A DNA stretch of 64,000 nt from Minisyncoccota bacterium (GCA_937936355.1 CALDDM010000002.1:93173-157172), one strand, 5' to 3'; positions 42,604 through 51,115 are shown, numbered from the stretch's first letter. Notes: generated from the sequence alone by a model not told the origin. Program-made: numbers and translations.

Positions 42604-45600
42604 TTAAAGCATTGTGACGCGACGGACCTCCTCTAGCGTTGTTTCGCCGCTCAAGGCTTTCAGGAGGCCATCTTCTTCTATGGTGATCATACCTGTTTCT
42701 TTGGCAACGGATTCTATGTCACTTGCAAGAGCTCCTCGCATTATTGCGCTAACGATTGCATCATTTAATACAAGGACTTCGCTGAGAGCTATGCGACCTT
42801 TGTAGCCAAGGCCATTACATTTTGCACATGATCCTGGTGTATACGTTGTTCCTTCTGTTATTTTTGGGATCGTAACCTTGGGATTGCTTGCTACGCGATC
42901 GAGGAAGCTTGTGATGATTGTTTGCTCTTCCTGTGTAAGTTCGCGATTTTGTTTGCATGAGCAGAGTTTGCGTACTAGGCGCTGAGCGATGATGGCGTTG
43001 AGCGATGCTGTGATGTCATCCCGCGAGAGATTTAAGTTTTCGAGTCTGCTCAATGTTGCGATTGCGCTGTTGGTGTGTAGTGTGGAGAGGACAAGGTGTC
43101 CTGTCTGCGCTGCGTCTGTTGCTGTGCTGGCAGTCTCTGTATCCCGAATTTCTCCAAGGAAGATTACATCGGGGTCTTGTCGCAAGAGTGAGGTCAGTGC
43201 ATTTGCAAATGTGTAGCCCTTTTCTGTATTTACCTGTGTCTGTAATATTCCAGGAATCTGATATTCAATTGGATCTTCAATGGTGATGACTTTGATTGCG
43301 TCTGTCGCTATCATTTGCAGGATGCTGTAGAGTGTTGTGGTTTTTCCTGATCCAGTTGGACCGGTATTGAGAATCATGCCATGAGGTTTACGTACTTGTT
43401 GCATGATACGCTCTTGGTTATATGGTGTGATTCCAAGCTCGCTGATGTCTGTATGAATTGCATCGCTTGTTAGTAGTCGCATTACTACTGTTTCTCCAAA
43501 TCCGCCGACGATGATTGAGACACGAACATCTGCCGTTGCTTCTTTTGTCTCATCGAGACCTTCATAAAAAATACCGAAACGACTGTCGGTTACGCCTTGT
43601 CGTGCAGTTGTTGGTATGTTTGCGAGTACTTTGATCTCCCCAAGGATCTGCTGAAAACTTGTTAGCTCTATTGACGCGATTGTTTGTAGTGTGCCATCGA
43701 TACGCAGGCGAATTTGTACGTCTTTGTCATTTGGCTCAATGTGGATGTCACTTGCGCGTAAGTGTGTTGCATAGCCTATGATTTGAGGTAATACATTACT
43801 ACTGGTTGCTTGTGCTATGGTTGTTTGCATCTCACTGATACTATTTGCTTTTTGGGATGCATTTATAGTGTGCTGTTGTGAGATGGTGAGTCGTTTGGTT
43901 AAGGTTTGTGACATGAGGCTGTCGTAGAGATCTTGAATCATGCCTGATTCGGATGTGACACGCCACACCTCATCGATCGATGTGGATCCTTCAAGTGCTT
44001 TTAAGATACCATCTTGTGTCATTGTGACGAATCCTTCTTCAATTGCTTGCTTGGTGAGCTCTGCTTCGCCATGCATCTCAAGAATCATTTCTTCTAGTTT
44101 GTCACCAATTGTGAGTGCCTCAAAAATCCCAATACGTCCTTTGTATCCACTATCCCCACACTTCACGCAACCAACTGGCCTGTAAAGTGTTGTAATAGTT
44201 TTTGGTGTTTCAATCTCCGCTTTTGGTGAGATGAGGCTTATCATCTTCATCAATGTTTCTGCTACTTCTTGTGCTGGTTCATATGTCTGTTTACAGTGTT
44301 TGCACAGTTTTCGCACAAGGCGTTGTGCGAGAAAGATGTCAGATGCTGACGGTATTAGTGTTGGTCGAATTCCCATCTCAGTAAGGCGGGCTATGGTGCC
44401 AATTGCTCCATTGGTGTGGAGTGTCGAAAGGACAAGGTGTCCTGTGAGCGCTGCACCGAGCGCTACTTCTGCCGTTTCCTCATCGCGGATCTCTCCCACA
44501 AGGATAATATCTGGATCTTGTCGTACGATTGATCGCAAAGCATTTGCGAATGAGAAGTCTTGATCATGCGTTGCTTCTGTTTGAACAATTCCTTCGATTT
44601 GATACTCAATTGGGTTTTCTATCGTAATGATTTTGTTTTGTTCATTGGTCAGGTGCTTTAGTATGCTGTAGAGTGTTGTGGTTTTTCCTGATCCAGTTGG
44701 TCCTGTTGTGAGGATGAGGCCGTCAGTTTTTCCAAGTGCACCCATAAGGTCCTTGTGGGCTTTTCCTCTGAGTCCAAGGCTCTCTATAGAGGTTGTCATA
44801 TCGCCACCGAGGACGCGCATCACGATGTTTTCTGATTTCTTTCCCGGAATGATGCTCGTTCGTATGTCTACCTTTTTCCTGCTTGTCGTGTTGTCTTGTG
44901 CTTGTTCCTCGATATCAAAAGAAAAGCGACCATCCTGCGCTTCGCCTCGGATGTTAATTTTCATACTACTCATCAGCTTGATGCGCGAAACGATCGTAGG
45001 GAGGTTTGCGAGTGGGATGTGCACGACATCTTTGAGTAGTCCGTCAATGCGATAACGTAATCGAACATGATCTGTTTGAGGTTCAATGTGGATGTCACTT
45101 GCCTCTAGTGCGATTGCACCTGTTAAGATGATGCTGAGAATTTCTGTTGTTGAGAGTGATTCGATATCCTTTGAGAGTTTGAGGAGTTTGCCAGTGCTTG
45201 CCTCAAAAGCTTTTAGGTCGGCGCTCCCCAGGGATAAGCGCATCGTGTCGAGCTTGTCCGTGATGAGTACGTTTTTGTAGATGTTGAGACCTTTTTGCAA
45301 TGAGGCTCCTGAGATTACTGTGAGCAATACTGTGACGCCTTGGTTTTGTTCCAGGTTTTCAATGTGTTTTAGTAGACGCTTGTCTTCTGGTTTGCTTGTT
45401 CCGAAGTGGAGTTTGCGACCACTTTTGTGAAAGCAAATGACATTTAAATCGTGAGCGATGTTTTCCGGTATTAGAAAGATATCCTCTGTGGATAGTGGTG
45501 TGATGTTGAGGTCGGCGTATGGTAGGCCAAGTTTATTTGCGAGGCGCGCTGTGTACTGTTCGCCGCCCTTTTTGCGCATGCGTGTGATTTTGTCTGTGAG

Positions 45601-45651
45601 GATTTGATCTTTTTTGCGCGCAACTTTTTGTCCTTGAATGACTTGGATCAT
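42604..45651 (-). CDS. tandem-duplicated (two-module) type II/IV secretion-family ATPase, PilB/GspE-like
   Basis: 1015 aa. Module 1 (aa ~1-590): GspE-N-like N-terminus, Walker A GPTGSGKTTT, Walker B DPDIILVGEIRD, His box GHLVLSTLHTN, CKHC...CVKCGDSGYKGR. Module 2 (aa ~620-1015): GPTGSGKTTT, DPDVIFLGEIRD, GHLVLSTLHTN, CSC...CAKCNGLGYKGR. Confidence 0.85.
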   Translation of the reverse strand: MIQVIQGQKVARKKDQILTDKITRMRKKGGEQYTARLANKLGLPYADLNITPLSTEDIFLIPENIAHDLNVICFHKSGRKLHFGTSKPEDKRLLKHIENLEQNQGVTVLLTVISGASLQKGLNIYKNVLITDKLDTMRLSLGSADLKAFEASTGKLLKLSKDIESLSTTEILSIILTGAIALEASDIHIEPQTDHVRLRYRIDGLLKDVVHIPLANLPTIVSRIKLMSSMKINIRGEAQDGRFSFDIEEQAQDNTTSRKKVDIRTSIIPGKKSENIVMRVLGGDMTTSIESLGLRGKAHKDLMGALGKTDGLILTTGPTGSGKTTTLYSILKHLTNEQNKIITIENPIEYQIEGIVQTEATHDQDFSFANALRSIVRQDPDIILVGEIRDEETAEVALGAALTGHLVLSTLHTNGAIGTIARLTEMGIRPTLIPSASDIFLAQRLVRKLCKHCKQTYEPAQEVAETLMKMISLISPKAEIETPKTITTLYRPVGCVKCGDSGYKGRIGIFEALTIGDKLEEMILEMHGEAELTKQAIEEGFVTMTQDGILKALEGSTSIDEVWRVTSESGMIQDLYDSLMSQTLTKRLTISQQHTINASQKANSISEMQTTIAQATSSNVLPQIIGYATHLRASDIHIEPNDKDVQIRLRIDGTLQTIASIELTSFQQILGEIKVLANIPTTARQGVTDSRFGIFYEGLDETKEATADVRVSIIVGGFGETVVMRLLTSDAIHTDISELGITPYNQERIMQQVRKPHGMILNTGPTGSGKTTTLYSILQMIATDAIKVITIEDPIEYQIPGILQTQVNTEKGYTFANALTSLLRQDPDVIFLGEIRDTETASTATDAAQTGHLVLSTLHTNSAIATLSRLENLNLSRDDITASLNAIIAQRLVRKLCSCKQNRELTQEEQTIITSFLDRVASNPKVTIPKITEGTTYTPGSCAKCNGLGYKGRIALSEVLVLNDAIVSAIMRGALASDIESVAKETGMITIEEDGLLKALSGETTLEEVRRVTML
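43322..43359. repeat. 38-nt exact intragenic repeat, copy 1 (Walker-A region of ATPase module 2)
   Basis: ATGCTGTAGAGTGTTGTGGTTTTTCCTGATCCAGTTGG is identical to 44663-44700. The offset is 1341 nt (447 codons, in frame). The flanks are diverged. Confidence 0.85.
44663..44700. repeat. 38-nt exact intragenic repeat, copy 2 (Walker-A region of ATPase module 1)
   Basis: Same 38-mer as 43322-43359. Confidence 0.85.
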
Positions 45652-45849
45652 GATGGTGTGATAGAAAATGGGTCAAAGATATGTCTCTTCTTACCTCCCA
45701 GTATATCATCTTCTGTGGTCATGGATGAACTTTTTTCTGACTGACCAGCGTCTCTGTGTCATCTGTCTTCACTCTACCTTCTTCCTTCTTGTTGCATCTT
45801 GCTGAAGCCTCTTTTGTGTGATTTTGCCTGACCACCTTTGGCTGAGGCT

Positions 45850-47028
45850 TTATTTTTTTGTCAGGTTCTTTTGTAGTAGAGTAACGAGATTTTGTTGGGC
45901 TTCTTGGGCATCTGGCACGCGAAATGCGATTTCATAAAAGCCTGATTTTTCCTTGGGTCCAAAAACTTCTTCCGGCAAGTTTGCTTTGCTTGATGTATCG
46001 ATGAGGCAATAGAATTGGTGTGTACCTGTGGATTCCCCAACCTCGTGCTGGTCTTTTTCCTGATATATGATTGCAATGTAGTCTGCCTTTGTGTGATTGC
46101 TTCTTATTTTTGTGATGATGCTTGGGATGAGGTGATGCGTTGTGTTGGTGGACGTAAAGTCTTCAGATGAGATGAGTGTTGTCACGATCTTACCATCTTC
46201 GTGTGTTGTGAGCCTTGTTAGGGCTTTACCCCATAGCTTGAGGCGAGCAAGGGGTTGACTAGAGAAGAGCTCATCGATGATTAGTTGTTGATTGGCGCCA
46301 TGCTCGATCATGGTGCTTGCTATTGTCAGTGCGCGAGGTGTCGTGTGTGTAGCACGAAAGCTGTCTGTTGCTACGATGACGCCTGCAAGAAAACACTGTG
46401 CCACTTCTTTTGTGATAGCGTCAGGATATGTTTTTTGACAGAGATTAGCCATAATTTCACTCACTGAAGATGCGGTGAGCGTCACGATATTAATATGTCC
46501 GTATTGTTCATTTGCCCCACCGCGATCGATATTGATGATTGGGAGATCATAGAATAGGTCTGGCATCTGTAGGCCAAGTGGTCCAAATGACTCTTTGTCA
46601 GGGGCGCCGACTGCGATCATTGCATCGTATGGAAAGTCTGCGAGGCCAAACGAAAAGTCGCGGGAGTCTATGGTTCCATTTTTTGGAGTGACGCGAATCT
46701 CTACAGTGTCTTCTGTTCGCTCACTCCTGATGTTGGTGACGTCGTTGTGCGCTGTTTTGAATGTCAGAACAAAATCTCGTGTGTGAGAGAGTGAGTGGCG
46801 AATGTTTTTGGGCTGCGGTAGGAAAGCATACATTTCGCGGTAGTTTGCTGTGTCGTCATAAGCAATGGTTGCTTCGATTCCAATCGCTTCGCACACGAGT
46901 GCGAGTCCATAGCTTGCGGCGATGATGTCTCCATGGATTTGCGGGGTTGTTTCTTCGGGAATAATAACGAGCAAGTGCTGTGCACTTGCAAGAATCTTCT
47001 GAAATTGTTCTGTGGGGGAGAGTGCCAT
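45850..47028 (-). CDS. DHH-family (NrnA-like) phosphoesterase homolog with degenerate catalytic motifs
   Basis: ORF 45850..47064; ATG 47028 (MALSPTEQFQKIL) preferred. Layout LLVIIPEE...HGDIIAASYGLAL, ...INIDRGGANEQYG (the DHH position reads DRG), GVIVATDSFR. Confidence 0.55.
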   Translation of the reverse strand: MALSPTEQFQKILASAQHLLVIIPEETTPQIHGDIIAASYGLALVCEAIGIEATIAYDDTANYREMYAFLPQPKNIRHSLSHTRDFVLTFKTAHNDVTNIRSERTEDTVEIRVTPKNGTIDSRDFSFGLADFPYDAMIAVGAPDKESFGPLGLQMPDLFYDLPIINIDRGGANEQYGHINIVTLTASSVSEIMANLCQKTYPDAITKEVAQCFLAGVIVATDSFRATHTTPRALTIASTMIEHGANQQLIIDELFSSQPLARLKLWGKALTRLTTHEDGKIVTTLISSEDFTSTNTTHHLIPSIITKIRSNHTKADYIAIIYQEKDQHEVGESTGTHQFYCLIDTSSKANLPEEVFGPKEKSGFYEIAFRVPDAQEAQQNLVTLLQKNLTKK

Positions 47029-47125
47029 GGGGTGTCGTTTCAGTGTAACGTAGTATTTTAGCAAGTGAGAGATAACAGGTCAACAAATTGTTCTTTTTAG
47101 ATAAGAGATATGGTATTGTTGTCTC

Positions 47126-47596
47126 ATGGAAGGCATTACGATTCACAATCAACAAGAAAAAGAGATTAATTCTATAGGGGCGATGCATTTGTTTGCCTCT
47201 GATTTTTCTCAGAGCTTGTGCGGGGGGCAGGTGATCTGTCTGGAAGGGGATCTGGGAGCTGGTAAAACAACTTTTACACAAGGCTTGTTGGCAGCACTCG
47301 GTGCTCAGGGTCCGTATGTGAGTCCAACATTTCTCATAATGAAATGTTATGAGCTTGATGTTGTTTTCCGCGGACATACGCAGAATATTAATCGTGTTTA
47401 TCATATTGATGCCTATCGAATTACATCTGCAGATATGATAGAATTGGGCTGGGAAGAGATCCTCTGTGACCAAGAGGCCCTTGTTATTGTTGAATGGCCA
47501 CAGAGAATTTCTGATATTTTGCCGCAACTCCCACGCCAAAGAAATCTTTTTTTAGAGCATGGTGACGAGGAGGGTAAGCGCATTGTGCGGTATTAG
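47126..47596 (+). CDS. tsaE: tRNA t6A37 biosynthesis ATPase TsaE
   Basis: 156 aa. P-loop LEGDLGAGKTTFTQGLL, ...SPTF, HIDAYR. Confidence 0.88.
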   Translation: MEGITIHNQQEKEINSIGAMHLFASDFSQSLCGGQVICLEGDLGAGKTTFTQGLLAALGAQGPYVSPTFLIMKCYELDVVFRGHTQNINRVYHIDAYRITSADMIELGWEEILCDQEALVIVEWPQRISDILPQLPRQRNLFLEHGDEEGKRIVRY

Positions 47597-47616
47597 AGTA
47601 AATTTAAGAAAAATCA

Positions 47617-48366
47617 ATGAAGAAGGAATTGGTATGGAGCGTTACTTGTCTCGCACTACTTTCTGGCTGCGCTGCTGGTGAGGTTTCTGAGCAGGGCTCA
47701 GAATTATCTACACGTGATGGTGGTATTGCCAATCAGCTTGACGCACTTGAGAAGACAGAGGAGGTCGTCGATGGCGCGGTAGAAGCGAAAGATGCACAAG
47801 TGGAAGGGTTTATGAATGAAGATAATACATCATTAGATATTAAGACAATGGAAAAAGATTATTCGCAGGTACCAGAGGAAATTGATATGAGTCTTGCGCA
47901 GACATGCACAGGCGCAACGATCACGACCAATAAAGGTGTGATCAGCCTGAAACTCTATGGAGAAAAAGCGCCGATTGCAGTTGCGAACTTTTGTACGCTT
48001 GCCAAGAAAGGATTTTATGATGGTGTGATTTTTCACCGTGTGATCGAAGGATTTATGATTCAGGGTGGTGATCCAACCGGTACTGGTACTGGTGGCCCAG
48101 GATATACCTTTGAAGATGAGTTGCCATCTGCAGGTGAATATAAGCTTGGTTCGTTGGCGATGGCAAATGCTGGGCCAAATACTAATGGTAGTCAATTTTT
48201 TATCGTTAGCGGTCCAAATGGTGTACAGCTCCCACCGCTCTATGGACTCTTTGGTGAGGTGACTGAGGGTATGGATGTTGTTGCTGCTATTGAGGCAGTT
48301 GATACGGCGGCTATGGACAAGCCAGTTGAGGATGTTGTTATTGAGAAAGTCACCTTAGAGGAATAA
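47617..48366 (+). CDS. cyclophilin-type peptidyl-prolyl isomerase, lipoprotein
   Basis: 249 aa. Lipobox LLSGC. FHRVIEGFMIQGGDP, MANAGPNTNGSQFFI. Confidence 0.9.
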   Translation: MKKELVWSVTCLALLSGCAAGEVSEQGSELSTRDGGIANQLDALEKTEEVVDGAVEAKDAQVEGFMNEDNTSLDIKTMEKDYSQVPEEIDMSLAQTCTGATITTNKGVISLKLYGEKAPIAVANFCTLAKKGFYDGVIFHRVIEGFMIQGGDPTGTGTGGPGYTFEDELPSAGEYKLGSLAMANAGPNTNGSQFFIVSGPNGVQLPPLYGLFGEVTEGMDVVAAIEAVDTAAMDKPVEDVVIEKVTLEE

Positions 48367-48371
48367 TTCTT

Positions 48372-49370
48372 ATGTTTGAAGAGTCGGAGAAGGGTGGGTT
48401 GGAGGCAGAGCAAAAGAAGCTTGAGTTTCTTTTGGATTCGATAATGGATCAATTTCTAGAAGATTCAGAGGCATTAAGCCCTTGTGTTGATTTTTTGGAA
48501 TCGCAAATTGGATCGGTGGGGATAGGTTCGAGTGAGTATATTCAGAAAATTGCTGAAATGGAAGGTGTGTTGCATGCGCTGGAAGGTCTTCGAGAGCAAA
48601 GGCATGATAGGCGCAATGATATTAAGCGAAACATTGACAAAAAGATTTTGACGTATTTGAGTGATGATGATGCTTCTATCGCTGGCTTAAGTGAGGTTGT
48701 GGGAGTTTTTGTTCGAGAGCGACAAAGGGCGAAGTTGTTTTTAAAAATGGGAATTACAAAAAAAGAAGCTGAAGAAATGAAACCTGCACACTTGGAGGGT
48801 TTGATGGAATGCTTACGATTGATTGAGGATTCCATTCAGAATACAAAGCCGATAGGTGTAGGAACAACCTCACAAGTTTTTGCTATTACAGGTAAAGATG
48901 AAATTTGTATTAAAGTTCTTAATGAAAAAGATGCGCATAATGCACCTCATGAATTTCAAATGTTGAACGATCTTGATGGTCATGAGGTTGATGGTGTGCG
49001 ATCGCCAAAGCCTCTTAAGGCCTATTCTGGAGGTGATTTGAATGCTGTTTTGATGGAAAATTTTGATGCGACAGAGATGACGCATGTATTAGATGGCGGT
49101 GTCGCGTTGCCGGATCAATTTGATTTGGATGCCTTTGAGGGTTCGTTGAAGGCTTATGTTGATTCGTTGCATGAAATGGGTGTAGCCCATGGAACTATAG
49201 CCCCGAGAAATGTTATGATTGATCGAAAAACAGGTTTGCCGCGCATTGTTGATTTTGGAAATGCTGCAAGAGAAAAGGAGGTTGATCAGAATATGTGGGA
49301 TATTCTTGTTTCAAAAGATTCCGCAGGTGTGCAGCAGTGTATTTCAGGTTTACGTAAGCTTGTTGAGTAA
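48372..49370 (+). CDS. helical N-domain + minimal protein-kinase-like fold (RIO/Bud32-like) lacking the catalytic Asp
   Basis: 332 aa. G-loop-like IGVGTTSQVF, beta3 Lys ICIKVL, catalytic-loop HGTIAPRNVMI (expected HGD...N), IVDFGNA, and a very short C-lobe. Starts 5 nt after the PPIase stop. Confidence 0.55.
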   Translation: MFEESEKGGLEAEQKKLEFLLDSIMDQFLEDSEALSPCVDFLESQIGSVGIGSSEYIQKIAEMEGVLHALEGLREQRHDRRNDIKRNIDKKILTYLSDDDASIAGLSEVVGVFVRERQRAKLFLKMGITKKEAEEMKPAHLEGLMECLRLIEDSIQNTKPIGVGTTSQVFAITGKDEICIKVLNEKDAHNAPHEFQMLNDLDGHEVDGVRSPKPLKAYSGGDLNAVLMENFDATEMTHVLDGGVALPDQFDLDAFEGSLKAYVDSLHEMGVAHGTIAPRNVMIDRKTGLPRIVDFGNAAREKEVDQNMWDILVSKDSAGVQQCISGLRKLVE

Positions 49371-49391
49371 AAGGTTTGGGCATTTTTGATA

Positions 49392-49419
49392 TTGACAAAT
49401 TTGCTCAATGATGTATAGT
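49392..49419 (+). promoter_or_regulatory. sigma70 promoter
   Basis: TTGACA 49392-49397, a 16-nt spacer, then TG-TATAGT ending at 49419. Confidence 0.65.
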
Positions 49420-49439
49420 ATAAATAAAGGAGATTTGAT

Positions 49440-49652
49440 ATGATTGACCCCACGGTAGCAAAAAAAGCAATGGAAAAAGCCAAAGAGCTTGTTCGAACAG
49501 GTGGGGAAGGTGATTTTGTAGAATCTGCAAAATCTGAAAAGCTGCCCTTTTATGTGACGTCGGTAGCGGCAGACCTATCCTTTCCCTTACATATTTTGGT
49601 TGTTGAAGGTAAAACCTTCTCAATCGGTCTTAGAAAAGACACTTTAAACTGA
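49440..49652 (+). CDS. small soluble protein, unknown family (own promoter, SD and terminator)
   Basis: 70 aa. AAGGAG 49427-49432 lies 7 nt upstream of the ATG. Confidence 0.55.
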   Translation: MIDPTVAKKAMEKAKELVRTGGEGDFVESAKSEKLPFYVTSVAADLSFPLHILVVEGKTFSIGLRKDTLN

Positions 49653-49677
49653 CCTGTGATGGTCAGTATTTTTTTTG
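49649..49677 (+). terminator. rho-independent terminator
   Basis: CTGACC-TGTGAT-GGTCAG followed by TATTTTTTTT. The stem begins inside the stop-codon region of the 70-aa gene. Confidence 0.7.
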
Positions 49678-49787
49678 AAAAATTGTTACCAAAAAAACAT
49701 GAGGCTTCAATGCTTTGCTTGTTTTTCTTGTTATATTAGCTTGAATAGATTTTGATTATCTGGCGATGTTGTAATCAATGTCGCTCT

Positions 49788-50477
49788 TTATCGCTTCAAG
49801 AAATCTTCATAAGAAATCCAATTGTCCAAGACATCGATATTATCACCCGCTTGCTTGAGGGTGTGTATTTGATGTGACCTGGCAATAATTTCTTTTACAA
49901 ATTCTGCGAGTTTAAAGAGATCTTTATCACCGATGAATCTTACTATGTCCTCATTGCTTGGTATGTGAATTTCTAGATCGGAGCTAATCTTATTCTTGCC
50001 CTGTGTTAAGCTTTGAGCTTTTTTATTTGTGAGTGTGATGCCGATAGACGTGTATGGTAATTTTCCTCGAGCAATATCTTTGAGCTCCTCAAGGGATTTG
50101 CCGTTGTGAATTATTGCATCTGCACCATAGTCAAAATCAACTGGTCTTGCACCAGTTGGTACGAAGCGGTAGTTTTCATCGATTGATTGTAAACCGGTAT
50201 TAATGCCTTCAGCAAAAGCTGAAAGCCTTGGTTCTTCGTGTCGGGTTGCTTGCGCAAAGTCTATGTTTAGAGCGTCAGCGAGAGCGATATGCTTCTTCAT
50301 TACAGCTTTGTTGTTTCTATTTTCAAATACACTAGATCCGCTTTGCAGTGCCTGCATCGCATGGTTTTTGTATTCTTCATACTTTAATGTCGACTTGGCA
50401 TCACCAATAAAAAGGCGCTCTGCTTGTTCGCCGCTTATGTGATGCTCTTCAAATTTTTCTGATTTTAGCCTTTCCAT
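49788..50477 (-). CDS. unknown-family protein co-transcribed with the Gam-like gene
   Basis: ORF 49788..50537; ATG 50477 (MERLKSEKFEEHH...) preferred. Lies 36-96 nt downstream of the Gam-like gene on the same strand. Segment GADAIIHNGKSLEELKD could be a D...ExK nuclease-type motif, but this is weak. Confidence 0.45.
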   Translation of the reverse strand: MERLKSEKFEEHHISGEQAERLFIGDAKSTLKYEEYKNHAMQALQSGSSVFENRNNKAVMKKHIALADALNIDFAQATRHEEPRLSAFAEGINTGLQSIDENYRFVPTGARPVDFDYGADAIIHNGKSLEELKDIARGKLPYTSIGITLTNKKAQSLTQGKNKISSDLEIHIPSNEDIVRFIGDKDLFKLAEFVKEIIARSHQIHTLKQAGDNIDVLDNWISYEDFLKR

Positions 50478-50572
50478 ATAGATACATCTTATCACGATTA
50501 TATTTTTTGATGATGGTACCACTGGTGATTTATCCATAAAAAAGTAGCAGGTGTTTGCCTGCTACTGTAGTA

Positions 50573-51115
50573 TTATGCGATGATTTTATCGATCGCACGG
50601 GTGAAGACGGTGCGCCAACCCTTTACCTTGGGTTTTACGTAGAATTCATCCTGTGCGATATATTTGACGCACGCAACTTTTGGACGATCTTTGAGGAGTT
50701 GATCTCTGTCAACCTCTTCAATTGTACGCACATACTTTTTCAACCCATTTTTTTTCAGGTATTCAACTACGTACTGATCAGAATTTTCTGATTCGACGCG
50801 ACCTGGTGTTTTGCGCCAACCGTATGTTCCAGACAGACTCTCTACTGATTTTTTCTTCTGAGTTAACACTTCTTTACGAGGCTCAGCATAGCTGTGCAAC
50901 ATATAGACCATATGGTCGATCTCTTGCGTAAGCGACGCAAGAAGCGAGGCGTGTGAATCTTTGGCTTTCTGGATCTCTTCATCCAAGGCCTTTTTTTCAG
51001 ATTGTAGGGACTGTGTCTTGAATCTGATTTGATCAAGTAGTTTCTGCGCCTCATCCGCAGATTTAGGTGTAAGGATGTTTGAAATTTTAAAGCGATTGGC
51101 AATACCCATGGGCAT
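50573..51115 (-). CDS. Mu Gam-like host-nuclease inhibitor / DNA-end-binding protein
   Basis: 180 aa. By eye it is colinear with phage Mu Gam: an N-terminal coiled coil, then SLSGTYGWRKTPGRV...YLKKNGLKKYVRTIEEVDRDQLLKD...DEFYVKP (compare Mu LVTGDVSWRVRPPSV...LERLGLQRFIRTKQEINKEAIL...EDFSIIP). Confidence 0.7.
   Translation of the reverse strand: MPMGIANRFKISNILTPKSADEAQKLLDQIRFKTQSLQSEKKALDEEIQKAKDSHASLLASLTQEIDHMVYMLHSYAEPRKEVLTQKKKSVESLSGTYGWRKTPGRVESENSDQYVVEYLKKNGLKKYVRTIEEVDRDQLLKDRPKVACVKYIAQDEFYVKPKVKGWRTVFTRAIDKIIA

Noticed and set aside
46856-47539. 227-aa minus-strand ORF across the DHH start, spacer and tsaE
   Set aside because: It is antisense to tsaE, which has a clear P-loop, and it overlaps the DHH gene out of frame. 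No motif supports it.
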